The notes under the pieces: generated by a model
What the model saw: the letters and a program-made list of their open reading frames with translations, nothing else
What the model was told of the DNA's origin: nothing
The model's database searches: none
Program-made: the position numbers and the translations under genes
Part shown: positions 41,654-52,021 of the stretch, one piece after another
How positions within the stretch are numbered: the stretch's first letter is position 1
Layout of the letters: each line of letters opens with the position of its first letter
From: an uncultured Chloroflexia bacterium
Lineage (GTDB): Bacteria > Chloroflexota > Dehalococcoidia > UBA2979
Length of the DNA: 64,000 nt
Assembly: GCA_963728205.1 (NCBI GenBank)
Contig: CAVSIV010000004.1
Coordinates: 168,643 to 232,642, forward strand
Direction of reading: 5' to 3'

Positions 41654-42070
41654 GTGACCGCTCCGATTCGCTTCAAGCACTACACCGTCGCCGTCCACGA
41701 CCTCGACGAGTCCGTGGCCAACTACCAGTCGCGCTTCGGCATGCAGCCGATCGGCGAGCGCGCGTTCAACGGCATCGGCAAGTTCGACTTCCAGCCGATG
41801 GGCTACGACGGCACCGTCATGCTCCACCTGATCCAGCCGCAGACCGACGAGAGCCCGATCGCGAAGCTGATGAGCGAGCGCGTAAACCCGTTCAACCCGC
41901 ATGGCGAGGGCATCTACCTGCTCGCGTACGACTGCGACGACGTCGAGGCCTTCTGCAAGCAGATCGAGGCGGGCGGCGGCCGCGTGAACCGCGCGCCGAA
42001 CACGACGAACGCGTGGGTCCACCCGACGGCGTCGAACTTCGTGTTAATGGAGCTCTTCCAGGCGAAGTAG
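41654..42070 (+). CDS. VOC family protein (methylmalonyl-CoA epimerase-like)
   Basis: H.TVAVHDLD, LIQP, GEGIY, WVHP....VLMEL. Confidence 0.75.
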   Translation: MTAPIRFKHYTVAVHDLDESVANYQSRFGMQPIGERAFNGIGKFDFQPMGYDGTVMLHLIQPQTDESPIAKLMSERVNPFNPHGEGIYLLAYDCDDVEAFCKQIEAGGGRVNRAPNTTNAWVHPTASNFVLMELFQAK

Positions 42071-42108
42071 CCACCGCGCGCGTCCCGCGCGCGAGAGCGA
42101 GCGCGTCG

Positions 42109-42450
42109 ATGGTGATCACGGTGTTCCGCTCGCGGTTGCGGCCGGAGGCGGTCGCGGAGTACGCGCCGCACGCGGAGGCAATCGAGCGGCTGGCCCGCGC
42201 GACGCCGGGCTTCCGCTCCATCAAGACGTTCACCGCGGACGACGGGGAGCGCGTGTCAATCGTGGAGTTCGAGTCGCTGGAGGCGGTTGACGCGTGGCGC
42301 CGCCACCCGGAGCACGTCGAGGCGCAGCGCGTCGGTCGCGAGCGGTACTACCTGGAATACGAGATCCACACGGCGGAACCGGTGCGCTCGCACCGGTTCC
42401 AGGCCGCCGATGGCGCACCGCGGGCGCCCCACGGCGAGCGGCGAGCGTAG
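42109..42450 (+). CDS. Antibiotic biosynthesis monooxygenase family protein
   Basis: MVITVFRSRLR, PGF, FESLEA..AWRRHPEH..AQ..GR. Confidence 0.85.
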   Translation: MVITVFRSRLRPEAVAEYAPHAEAIERLARATPGFRSIKTFTADDGERVSIVEFESLEAVDAWRRHPEHVEAQRVGRERYYLEYEIHTAEPVRSHRFQAADGAPRAPHGERRA

Positions 42451-42520
42451 CGCCCGCTGCCGGCATCCCCGGCCATGCACCGCCACGGCAGGTGGAGAGA
42501 GGGCTCCGCACCGACGCACG

Positions 42521-42550
42521 CGACCGCGACCGCGACCGCGACCGCGACCG
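42521..42550. repeat. (CGACCG)5 microsatellite
   Basis: Five perfect hexamer copies between convergent genes. Confidence 0.85.
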
Positions 42551-42557
42551 GCGGGCG

Positions 42558-43958
42558 CTACGCCCGGTGCTCGCCTGCAAGCGCGTCGGACGCCTTGCGC
42601 GCGGCGACCAGCACCGGGTCCCACACGCCGGAGAACGGCGGCGCGTAGGAGAGGTCGACGTTGACCATCGCCTCCACCGTCATCTCGTTCCACAGCGCCA
42701 TCGCCACCGCGTCGATGCGCTTGCCGGCACCGTCGCCGCCGACGATCTGCGCGCCGAGCAGGCGGTGGGTGCGGCGGTCGGCGACGACCTTCATCGTCAT
42801 CGGCTCGGCGTCGGGCCAGTAGCCGGCCGTCGTCGTCGAGTCGAAGGTCGGCGCCACGACGTCGAAGCCGGCGTCGCGGGCGGCGGCCTCGGTGAGGCCG
42901 GTGCGGGCAACCTCCGTGCCGCACACCTTCGTGATCGCGGTGCCGAGCACCCCGGGGAACGCCTCATCGCCGCCGCCGATGTTGATGCCAGCGATGCGCC
43001 CTTGCTTGTTCGCGATCGTTCCGAGGTGGAAGTTCACCGGCCGGCCGGAGACGCGATGCGTGGCCTCGACGCAGTCGCCCGCCGCCCATACGCCGGGCAC
43101 GCGGGTGCGCATGCGATCGTCGACCCGGACGGCGCCGCTCTCGCCGAGCGGGATGCCGGCCGCGCGCGCGAGGTCGACGACGGGCTGGCTCCCGAGTCCC
43201 AGCACGACGACGTCGGCCGGCAGCACGTGGCCCTCATCTCCGTCGCCGGCCGGCTCGTCGCAGCAGCGCACGCCGGCGACGCGACCGTTGCGCCCTTCGA
43301 TGCGACGCACCTCCTGGCCCGTGTGCACCGTGATGCCGAGCTCGCGCATCGCCGTGATGACGCGGTCGCCCACGTCGGGGTCGAGCTGCGGGATCAGCAC
43401 GGACGGCCCCGCCGTGACGACCGTGACCGCGAGCCCCTCGTTGAGGAAGGCCTCGGCCATCTCCAGGCCGATGTAGCCGCCGCCGACCACGACGGCGCGC
43501 TCCGGCCGCGTCTCCACGATGCGCCGCACCGCGAGCGCGTCGTCGAGCGTGTGCATCTGATGCACGCCGCCGAGGTCGGCTCCGGCGATGTCGGGGCGGT
43601 TCGGCGTCGAGCCGGTCGCGTAGAGGAGGATGTCGTACTCGGCCTCGAAGGAGCGCCCGGCATCGATGTCGCGGACGGTGACGCGCCGCTGCGTAGTGTC
43701 GACGGCGGTGACCTCGTGGCGCAGGTGCGCGGCGATGCCCCGGCGGGCGAACTCGGCCGGCGTGCGGGCGAGCAGGTCGTCGATGCGCGGAACGTATCCG
43801 CCGACGAAGTACGGTTCGCCGCACGCGGCGTACGAGACGTACGACGAGCGCTCGTAGACCTCGATCTCCAGGTCGCCCGGCGCGCGCATGCGTCGCGCCT
43901 GGCTCGCGGCGGACATCCCCGCGGCGTCGCCGCCGATCACCACGAGTCGCTCGGGCAT
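42558..43958 (-). CDS. FAD-dependent CoA-disulfide reductase/NADH oxidase family protein
   Basis: IGGDAAGMSAA, SYAACG, GGGYIGLE, WAAGDC, DLSYAPPF. Confidence 0.9.
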   Translation of the reverse strand: MPERLVVIGGDAAGMSAASQARRMRAPGDLEIEVYERSSYVSYAACGEPYFVGGYVPRIDDLLARTPAEFARRGIAAHLRHEVTAVDTTQRRVTVRDIDAGRSFEAEYDILLYATGSTPNRPDIAGADLGGVHQMHTLDDALAVRRIVETRPERAVVVGGGYIGLEMAEAFLNEGLAVTVVTAGPSVLIPQLDPDVGDRVITAMRELGITVHTGQEVRRIEGRNGRVAGVRCCDEPAGDGDEGHVLPADVVVLGLGSQPVVDLARAAGIPLGESGAVRVDDRMRTRVPGVWAAGDCVEATHRVSGRPVNFHLGTIANKQGRIAGINIGGGDEAFPGVLGTAITKVCGTEVARTGLTEAAARDAGFDVVAPTFDSTTTAGYWPDAEPMTMKVVADRRTHRLLGAQIVGGDGAGKRIDAVAMALWNEMTVEAMVNVDLSYAPPFSGVWDPVLVAARKASDALAGEHRA

Positions 43959-43989
43959 CGGTCGCTCCTTGCTCGCCGCGGGGGCGAAT

Positions 43990-44862
43990 CTAGACGCGCA
44001 GCATCCGTGCCTGCTCGCCGGCGTGGTAGGAGGAGCGCACCAGCGGCCCCGACTCCACGTGGCGGAACCCGAGCCGCCGGCCGACCTCGGCGAGGTGGGC
44101 GAACTCGTCCGGGTGGACGAAGCGCGCGACGGGCAGGTGCTTCGGGCTCGGCCGCAGGTACTGGCCGATCGTGAGGAGGTCGACGTCCTGCTCCCGCAGG
44201 TCGGCCATCACCTGCTCGACCTCGGCGATGGACTCGCCGAGCCCGACCATGACGCCGGTCTTCGTCGTCATCCCCGGGTCGATCTCCTTTACGCGGCGCA
44301 GCAGCTCGAGCGTCCGCTCGTAGCGGCCCTTCGGGCGCGCGACGCGGTAGAGGCGAGGGACGGTCTCCGTGTTGTGGTTGAGGACGGCGGGGCCGGCCTC
44401 GACCACGGTGCGCAGTGCGTCCCAGTTCCCCACGAAGTCGGGGATGAGGACCTCGACCCCGCAATCCTGCCGGAGGTGGTGGATGGCGCGGATGCAGGCG
44501 GCGAAGATGCTTGCGCCGCCGTCGGGGACGTCGTCGCGGTTGACGGAGGTGATCACGGCGTAGTCGAGGCCGAGCGCGTCGACGGTGCGGGCGAGGCGCA
44601 CCGGCTCGAGCAGGTCGAGGGCGCCGGGGCGGCCGGAGGTCACGGCGCAGAAGCCGCAGGCGCGGGTGCAGGTATCGCCGAGGATCATGAAGGTCGCGGT
44701 GCCGGCGTTGAAGCACTCGCCGATGTTCGGGCAGCGCGCCTCCTCGCAGACCGTGTGCAGCTCCTGCTCGCGGAGGAGGTTCTTGATCTGGCCGTAGCGT
44801 TCGCCGCCCGGGAAGCGGACGCGGAACCAGTCCGGCTTGCGCGCGCCGGGCTCGACGGTCAT
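43990..44862 (-). CDS. lipA: Lipoyl synthase
   Basis: CEEARCPNIGEC, CTRACGFC, RSSY. Confidence 0.97.
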   Translation of the reverse strand: MTVEPGARKPDWFRVRFPGGERYGQIKNLLREQELHTVCEEARCPNIGECFNAGTATFMILGDTCTRACGFCAVTSGRPGALDLLEPVRLARTVDALGLDYAVITSVNRDDVPDGGASIFAACIRAIHHLRQDCGVEVLIPDFVGNWDALRTVVEAGPAVLNHNTETVPRLYRVARPKGRYERTLELLRRVKEIDPGMTTKTGVMVGLGESIAEVEQVMADLREQDVDLLTIGQYLRPSPKHLPVARFVHPDEFAHLAEVGRRLGFRHVESGPLVRSSYHAGEQARMLRV

Positions 44863-45596
44863 GCCGTCACCTCCTGCTCCGTGAGCGGCGAGGGGTCGAC
44901 GACCGCGAGGCTCGCGTCGAAGACGCGGGCGAAGGCCGTGCGGAACGCGTCGACGACGGCGTCAAAGGGCGGCGCCGCGCCGAGGACATGCGCCATCGAC
45001 GTCACGCCGGCGTCGGCGATGCCGCACGGAACGATGGCGTCGAACCAGGCGAGATCGGTGTCGACGTTGAGTGCGAGGCCGTGCCGGCTGACGCCGCGCG
45101 CGATGCGCACGCCGATGGCCGCGATCTTGCTCGGTGCGGCGCTCACGCCGGTGCCGGCGGCGACCCAGACCCCGGGGCGACCCGGGACGCGCCCACCGGC
45201 GACGCCAAACGCCGCGAGCGTCGCGATCACGCACGCCTCGAGCGCGCGGACGTACTCGACCGCGTGCAGGCCGCGGCGATGGAGGTCGAGGATAGGGTAC
45301 GCGACGAGCTGACCGGGGCCGTGGAAGGTGATGTCGCCACCGCGGTCGGTCTCGACCAGGCGGGCGCCGCGCGCGGTGAGCGCATCGCCGGGGGCGAGCA
45401 GGTTCGTCCAGCCGCCGCGCGCGCCCATCGTATAGACGGGCGTGTGCTGAAGCAGCGCCAGCGACTCCAGCGCGTCGCTGTCCTCGCGCTGCGCCCGCAC
45501 GGCATCGGCCGCGGCATGCTGCCACCGGAGCGCACGGTCGTAGTCGACGCCGTCGGCGCGGAGCACTGAGACCCGCGACGGTTCGCGATTCGCCAT
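44859..45596 (-). CDS. lipB: Octanoyltransferase
   Basis: HTPVYT.G, RGGDITFHGPGQLVAYP, KIAAIG, IVPCGI. Confidence 0.95.
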   Translation of the reverse strand: MANREPSRVSVLRADGVDYDRALRWQHAAADAVRAQREDSDALESLALLQHTPVYTMGARGGWTNLLAPGDALTARGARLVETDRGGDITFHGPGQLVAYPILDLHRRGLHAVEYVRALEACVIATLAAFGVAGGRVPGRPGVWVAAGTGVSAAPSKIAAIGVRIARGVSRHGLALNVDTDLAWFDAIVPCGIADAGVTSMAHVLGAAPPFDAVVDAFRTAFARVFDASLAVVDPSPLTEQEVTA

Positions 45597-45760
45597 CGTC
45601 GGATCAGTCTATTCCGGCGCCGCCGCGCCGGCCCGGGCCGAAGGTCGGGGTGCGCCCGGAGTTCGTCCACTCCCTCCGGGTCGATCGGTGATCTAGGCTG
45701 GATCGTGGCGCCCGGCAGGCGCGCCCACCGCGACCGCGGCGCAGCAGGACCGGAGCCAGC

Positions 45761-48491
45761 ATGAGCACGGACGCGCGAACGCGAGCGGATGCGCACGGCC
45801 CGACGCCAGACGGCGCCGGCGCGCAGGACTGGATCGAGACGCAGGACTGGGTCGACTCGCTCCGCGACGTCGTCCGCGCCGCCGGGCCGGAGCGCGCCAG
45901 CCGCCTGCTGCAGTCGCTCCAGATCGAGGCGCAGCGCTACGGCGTGCCGCTCCCGGTCACGTCCACCACGCCTTATGTCAACACGATCCCACCCGAGCAC
46001 GAGGTCCCCTACCCGGGCGACCGCCAGCTCGAGCGGCGCATCAAGAGCATCATCCGCTGGAACGCGATGGCGATGGTCGTCGAGGCCAACCAGAAGTCGC
46101 ACGGCATCGGCGGGCACATCTCGACCTACGCGTCGTCGGCCACGCTGCTCGAGGTCGGCTTCAACCACTTCTTCCGCGGCCCAAACCACCCCGACGGTCC
46201 CGACCTCATCTACTTCCAGGGCCACGGCTCACCGGGGATCTACGCGCGGGCGTACCTCGAGGGCCGGCTGACGCCCAAGGCAGCTCCACAACTTCCGCCG
46301 CGAGTTCGCCGCCGACGGCGGGCTCTCCTCCTACCCGCACCCGTGGCTGTTCCCCGACTTCTGGCAGTTCCCGACCGTCTCGATGGGGCTCGGCCCACTG
46401 ATGTCGATCTACCAGGCGCGGTTCATGCGCTACCTCGAGCACCGCGGCCTCAAGCCCCACACCGATCAGCGCGTGTGGACGTTCCTCGGCGACGGGGAGA
46501 CCGACGAACCCGAGACCCTCGGCGCGATCTCGCTCGCCGCGCGCGAGCACCTCGACAACCTGGTGTGGGTCGTGAACTGCAACCTCCAGCGACTCGACGG
46601 CCCGGTGCGCGGCAACGGGAAGATCGTGCAGGAGCTCGAGGCCGTATTCCGCGGCGTCGGCTGGAACGTGATCAAGGTGCTCTGGGGCCAGGAGTGGGAC
46701 GAGCTGCTCGCCCGCGACGACGACGGCCTGCTCGTGCGTCGCATGGGCGAGGTCGTGGATGGCGAGTACCAGAAGTACAGCGTCGCCGGCGGCGCCTACA
46801 TCCGCGAGCACTTCTGGGGCGTCGACCCGCGCCTGCAGCGGATGGTGTCGCACCTCACGGACGACCAGCTCTGGCGCATGCGCCTCGGCGGCCATGACCC
46901 GGTGAAGGTCTACCAGGCGTACCGCGGCGCGATGGAACACCGCGGCGGCCCCACGGTGATCCTCGCGCGCACCATCAAGGGCTACGGCCTGGGCGAGGCC
47001 GGCGAGGGCAAGAACATCACCCACCAGCAGAAGACGCTCAACGAGAACGAGCTGCTGCAGTTCCGCGACCGCTTCGACATCCCGCTGTCGGACGAGGAGG
47101 TCGTGGGCGCGCCGCTCTACCGTCCCGCGCCGAACAGCCCCGAGGCGGCCTATCTGCAGGAGCGCCGGCGCGCGCTCGGCGGCTACGTCCCGCAGCGCGT
47201 GCAGCGGCCGAGCCCGCTGCGCGCCCCCGCGCCCGACATCTTCGCGGAGTTCGCCGAGGGCAGCGCCGGCCGCGAGGCGTCGACCACGATGGTGCTCGTG
47301 CGCATGATCGCATCGCTGCTGCGCGACCCGGCGCTCGGCAAGTGCATCGTCCCGATCATCCCCGACGAGGCCCGCACCTTCGGCATGGAGGCGCTCTTCC
47401 GCAGCGCCGGCATCTACGCCGCCGGCGGCCAGCTCTACGAGCCCGTCGACGCGGGCAGCCTGCTCTACTACAAGGAGTCGACCGAGGGGCAGATCCTCGA
47501 GGAGGGCATCACCGAGGCGGGCGGCACGTCCTCGTTCATCGCCGCCGGCACGGCGCTCGCCAACTACGGCGTCGCGACGATCCCGTTCTTCATCTTCTAC
47601 TCGATGTTCGGGATGCAGCGCGTGGGCGACCTCGTGTGGGCGGCCGGCGATTCGCGCACGCGCGGGTTCTTCGTCGGCGGCACCTCGGGCCGCACGACCC
47701 TGAACGGCGAGGGCCTGCAGCACCAGGACGGCCACAGCCACCTCTTCGCCTCGGCGGTCCCGAACCTCGTGTCCTACGAGCCGGCCTACGCCTACGAGAT
47801 CGCCGAGATCATCCGGCACGGCATCGAGCGCATGCATGACCACGACGAGGACGTCTTCTTCTATCTCACCGTGCACAACGAGAACTACGCGCACCCGGCG
47901 ATGCCGGGCGACGACGACGCCGCGCGCGACGCGGTGCGCGCCGGCATCATCCGCGGCATGTACCGCTTCCGCGCCGCCGAGGGCGGCGAGAGCGGCCCGC
48001 GCGCGCAGCTGCTCGCCAGCGGCGTGCTCGTGAACGAGGCGCTGCGCGCGCAGCAGCTGCTCGCCGACGACTTCGGCGTCGCCGCCGACGTCTGGTCGGT
48101 GACGAGCTGGACGGAGCTGCGACGCGATGCGCTCGAGGCCGAGCGCTGGAACCGGCTCCACCCCGGCGAGGAGCCGCACGTGCCGTACGCCGCGCAGTGC
48201 CTCGATGGCCGGCCGGGCGTGGTGGTGGGCGTGTCCGACTACGTGAAGTCGCTGCCGGACGGCATCGCGAAGTGGGTGGAGGCGCCGTTCGTCGCGCTGG
48301 GCACCGACGGCTTCGGCCGCAGCGCCACGCGCGAGGAGCTGCGGCGGTTCTTCGAGGTCGACGCCGAGCACATCGCGGTCGCGACGCTGTCGGCGCTGGC
48401 CGGCGACGAGCAGGTGGCGGCGAGCGTGGTACGCACGGCGATCGAGCGGTACGGCATCGACCCGGAGGCGCCGAACCCGGCGACGCACTAG
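45761..48491 (+). CDS. aceE: Pyruvate dehydrogenase E1, homodimeric type, frameshift near 46280
   Basis: GGHISTYAS, FQGH, LGDGETDEPE, NCNLQRLDGPVRGN, GEGLQHQDG, GTDGFGRS. Confidence 0.93.
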
Positions 48492-48632
48492 CCCGGGGGC
48501 CGCAGCGGTCCGCGGCGAACGGCCCCGCGTGAGCGGGCTGAGGGGCGACACGGACCAAGCAGCCCGCACGGGTCACGCGGAGCGAGGGCGACGGTCGAGC
48601 GGCGACAAGAACGCAACGGAACGCGAGGCGCT

Positions 48633-50075
48633 ATGGCGACCGAGTTCAAGCTCCCCGACCTGGGCGAGGGCGTCGAAGACGCGGACGTCCTCCGCGTGCT
48701 CGTCTCCGAGGGCCAGGACGTCACGCTCGAGCAGTCGGTGATCGAGATCGAGACCGAGAAGGCCACGGTCGAGGTGCCGTCGAGCGTCGCCGGCAAGGTG
48801 ACGCGCGTGCTCGTGCACGAGGGCGACACGATCAAGCCCGGGCAGCTGATCCTGCTCGTCGACGCCGTCGGCGCGGCGCCGCCGCCGGCGGCTCCCGGCG
48901 GCGCCCCACCCGCCGCCGAGCCGGCCGCCGCCGCCGCAACGCCTCCGCCCGCGGCCCCGCCCACCGCCACGGCCGCCGCGCCCTCGCCACCGCCGCCCGC
49001 CGAGCCCGCGGCCACGCCGGCCCCGCCGCCCGCCGAAGGCGCGCCTTCCGCCCAGCCCACGGCCCCGCCACCCGCCGCCGAGGCGGCGGCCGCGCGGCCG
49101 GCGACCCAGCCGGCCCCGCCACCGCCGCCGCCGCCGCCGGGCGACCGCCCCGTCTTCGCCGCGCCCTCCCTGCGCAAGTTCGCCCGGGAGATCGGCGTCG
49201 ACCTCGCCGACGTCATCGGCACGGGCCCCGGCGGCCGCATCTCCGAGGACGACGTGAAGCGCCAGTCGCGCGCGCTGCGCGCCGCGCCGGCGGCCCCGGC
49301 CCCCGACTCCCAGGCGCGCCCCGCAGCCGGCGCCGTCGTCCCGCCGCCCCCGCTCCCCGACTTCTCCCAGTGGGGCGAGATCGAGCGCGAGCCGCTCACG
49401 CGCCTGCGCCGCACCGTCGCGCGCAACATGGCGACGTCGTGGTCGCACATTCCCCACGTCACGCTGCAGCACTGGGCCGACATCACGGCCATCGAGGAGA
49501 TGCGCCAGCAGTACAAGGAGCGCGCCCGCCAGGCCGGCGGCAACCTCACAATCAGCGTGGTGATGCTGAAGATCGCCGCCGCCGCGCTGCGCGCGCACCC
49601 GAAGTTCAACGCCAGCCTCGACCTCGATGCCAACGAGCTGATCCTGAAGCGCTACTACCACATCGGCGTCGCCGTCGACACCGACCGCGGGCTCGTCGTC
49701 CCCGTCATCCGCGACGTCGATCAGAAGAACATCATCGAGCTGTCCGTCGAGCTCGCCGCGATCTCGGAGCGCGCACGCAAGAACGAGCTCGGCCTCGAGG
49801 AGATGCGCGGCGCCAGCTTCACCGTGACGAACCTCGGCAGCCTCGGCACCGGGTTCTTCTCGCCGATCATCAACCACCCCGAGGTCGCCGTGCTCGGCCT
49901 CGGCCGCGCCGAGCGCCGCCAGGTGTGGCAGGACGGGGCGTGGGTGCCGCGGCTGCTGATGCCCCTGTCGGTCGTCTTCGACCACCGCGTGATCGACGGC
50001 GCGGACGGCGCGCGCTTCGCGAGCTGGCTCGTGGACGCCGTCGACAACCCGCTCTTGCTCGCGCTGGAAGGCTAG
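48633..50075 (+). CDS. aceF: Dihydrolipoamide acyltransferase E2
   Basis: ETEKA lipoyl site, Pro/Ala linker, GTGPGGRI, FDHRVIDG. Confidence 0.93.
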   Translation: MATEFKLPDLGEGVEDADVLRVLVSEGQDVTLEQSVIEIETEKATVEVPSSVAGKVTRVLVHEGDTIKPGQLILLVDAVGAAPPPAAPGGAPPAAEPAAAAATPPPAAPPTATAAAPSPPPPAEPAATPAPPPAEGAPSAQPTAPPPAAEAAAARPATQPAPPPPPPPPGDRPVFAAPSLRKFAREIGVDLADVIGTGPGGRISEDDVKRQSRALRAAPAAPAPDSQARPAAGAVVPPPPLPDFSQWGEIEREPLTRLRRTVARNMATSWSHIPHVTLQHWADITAIEEMRQQYKERARQAGGNLTISVVMLKIAAAALRAHPKFNASLDLDANELILKRYYHIGVAVDTDRGLVVPVIRDVDQKNIIELSVELAAISERARKNELGLEEMRGASFTVTNLGSLGTGFFSPIINHPEVAVLGLGRAERRQVWQDGAWVPRLLMPLSVVFDHRVIDGADGARFASWLVDAVDNPLLLALEG

Positions 50076-50079
50076 GCCG

Positions 50080-51492
50080 ATGACGACCGATCGCCCCCAT
50101 CTGGCCGTCCTCGGCGGCGGGCCCGGCGGCTACCCCGCCGCCTTCCTCGCCGCCGAGCTCGGCATGGACGTCACGCTGATCGACGACGGCGAGAACCCCG
50201 GCGGCGTCTGCCTCTACCGCGGCTGCATCCCCTCGAAGGCGCTGCTGCACGCGGCGCGGCTGATGCACGAGGCGCAGGAGGCGAACGAGTTCGGCCTGCA
50301 GTTCGCGCCACCCACGGTCGACCTCGACGCGCTGCGCGCGTGGAAGGAGCGCGTCGTCGGCAAGCTGACGGGCGGGCTCGGGACGCTCGCGCGGTCGCGC
50401 AAGGTACGGCACGTGCGCGGCCGCGGCCACTTCCTCGACCCGCACCGCATCCGCGTCGCGTCCGACGGCGAGCTCACGGAGGTCGAGTTCGACCACGCGA
50501 TCATCGCGACCGGGTCGCTGCCCGCGATCCCCGGGCCGCTGCGCGTCGACTCGCCGCGCGTGTGGGACTCCACTGCCGCGCTCGCGCTGCCGGAGGTGCC
50601 GCGTCGCCTGCTGGTGGTGGGCGGCGGCTACATCGGCCTCGAGCTCGGGACCGTCTACGCGGCGCTCGGCTCGGAGGTCACGGTGGTCGAGATGACCGCC
50701 GGGCTGCTGCCGGGCGCCGACCGCGATCTCGTCCAGGTGCTGCAGAAGCGCGTCGCGACACAGGTGCGCGAGATCCTGCTGAACACGCGGGTGGCGAAGC
50801 TCGAGGACACGGGCTCCGAGATCCGCGCCGAGCTCGCGGGGGCCGACATCGAGGAGACCCGCTCCTACGACGCTGTCCTGATCGCGGTGGGCCGGCGCCC
50901 GAACTCCGACGGCATCGGCCTCGAGCAGACGGCGGTGCAGCTCGACGACCGGGGTTTCGTCCGCGTCGACCACCAGCGGCGCACGGCCGAGCCGTCGCTC
51001 TTCGCCATCGGCGACGTCGCCGGCGAGCCGATGCTCGCGCACAAGGCGACGCACGAGGCGCGCGTGGCCGTCGAGGCGATCGCCGGCGAGCCGTCGTCCT
51101 GGGACCCGGCCGCGATCCCGGCCGTCGTCTTCACCGACCCCGAGCTCGCGTGGACGGGCCTCACCGAGCAGGAAGCGGGCGCGCGCGGGATCGACGTCGA
51201 GATCGCGAAGTTCCCGTGGGCGGCGTCGGGCCGCGCCACGACGCTGGGCCGCAACGACGGACTGACGAAGCTGCTGATCGAGCCGGGGACGCAGCGCGTG
51301 CTCGGCGCCGGCATCGTCGGCGTGAACGCCGGCGAGCTGATCGCCGAGGCGACGCTCGCGGTGGAGCTGGGCGCGCGGGTCGACGACCTGCGCCTCACGA
51401 TCCACGCGCACCCCACGCTCTCGGAGACGGTGATGGAGGCCGCGGAGAGCCTGTTCGGCACGAGCCCGCACTACATGTCGCGGCGGAGGTAG
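50080..51492 (+). CDS. lpdA: Dihydrolipoamide dehydrogenase E3
   Basis: GGVCLYRGCIPSK, HAHPTLSE. Confidence 0.96.
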   Translation: MTTDRPHLAVLGGGPGGYPAAFLAAELGMDVTLIDDGENPGGVCLYRGCIPSKALLHAARLMHEAQEANEFGLQFAPPTVDLDALRAWKERVVGKLTGGLGTLARSRKVRHVRGRGHFLDPHRIRVASDGELTEVEFDHAIIATGSLPAIPGPLRVDSPRVWDSTAALALPEVPRRLLVVGGGYIGLELGTVYAALGSEVTVVEMTAGLLPGADRDLVQVLQKRVATQVREILLNTRVAKLEDTGSEIRAELAGADIEETRSYDAVLIAVGRRPNSDGIGLEQTAVQLDDRGFVRVDHQRRTAEPSLFAIGDVAGEPMLAHKATHEARVAVEAIAGEPSSWDPAAIPAVVFTDPELAWTGLTEQEAGARGIDVEIAKFPWAASGRATTLGRNDGLTKLLIEPGTQRVLGAGIVGVNAGELIAEATLAVELGARVDDLRLTIHAHPTLSETVMEAAESLFGTSPHYMSRRR

Positions 51493-51524
51493 GCCCCGGC
51501 CGGGCCGGCCCCGTCGTTCCGGCG

Positions 51525-51577
51525 CAAGCGGCGGCAGATGCGCCGCCGACCCAAGCGGCGGCAGACATGCCGCCGAC
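51525..51577. repeat. Two tandem REP-like family B units
   Basis: CAAGCGGCGGCAGATGCGCCGCCGAC and CAAGCGGCGGCAGACATGCCGCCGAC. Confidence 0.8.
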
Positions 51578-51626
51578 GCGAGCGGCCGGCCCAGCCGGCC
51601 GGCATGGGCGGCGACATCCGGTCGAC

Positions 51627-51875
51627 CTAGACGGACCTGCGCGGCGGCCGCATCCGCGCCGCCGCCAGCGCCGCCCACAGCACGCACTGCAACACCGTCG
51701 ACAGCGCCGCGAACGTCAGGCCGAGCGTGAAGAGCGCCACGCCGATCGCCGCCAGGATCACCACAAGCGGCAGGCTCGTCGTGACGGGCGGCTTCTCGGG
51801 GGCGCGCAGCATCGGGAGCAGCGAGACGGCGACGAAGACGCCGCCGAACGACATCACCGCATCCTGCCACGACAT
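51627..51875 (-). CDS. Small membrane protein with about three TM helices
   Basis: Hydrophobic 82-aa ORF MSWQDAVMSFGG..KPP. Confidence 0.6.
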   Translation of the reverse strand: MSWQDAVMSFGGVFVAVSLLPMLRAPEKPPVTTSLPLVVILAAIGVALFTLGLTFAALSTVLQCVLWAALAAARMRPPRRSV

Positions 51876-52021
51876 CGAGGGGTCTCCTGCGGCACGCCCG
51901 GCCGGAGACCCCGTCCGTGGTCATCGTTGCGCGCACCCCGATCATCGGACGTCGCGGACGCAGCGTCGATGGCCGAAGCACTGGATCGCCGTGCGACCCT
52001 GAAACGGAGAGGAGACACGCC

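Noticed and set aside
42521-42550. (CGACCG)5 as a phase-variation switch
   Set aside because: Lies between two convergent 3' ends, not in a promoter or coding frame
24416-46300. Frameshifts in mcl, the SucD-like gene, an SDR, the acyl-CoA dehydrogenase, aceE and others as pseudogenes or programmed frameshifting
   Set aside because: Scattered single-base indels in otherwise well-conserved genes, with no slippery motifs, are best explained by long-read assembly error; needs read polishing to confirm
48870-49140. Low-complexity C/G-rich repeat region
   Set aside because: Ordinary Pro/Ala linker of PDH E2
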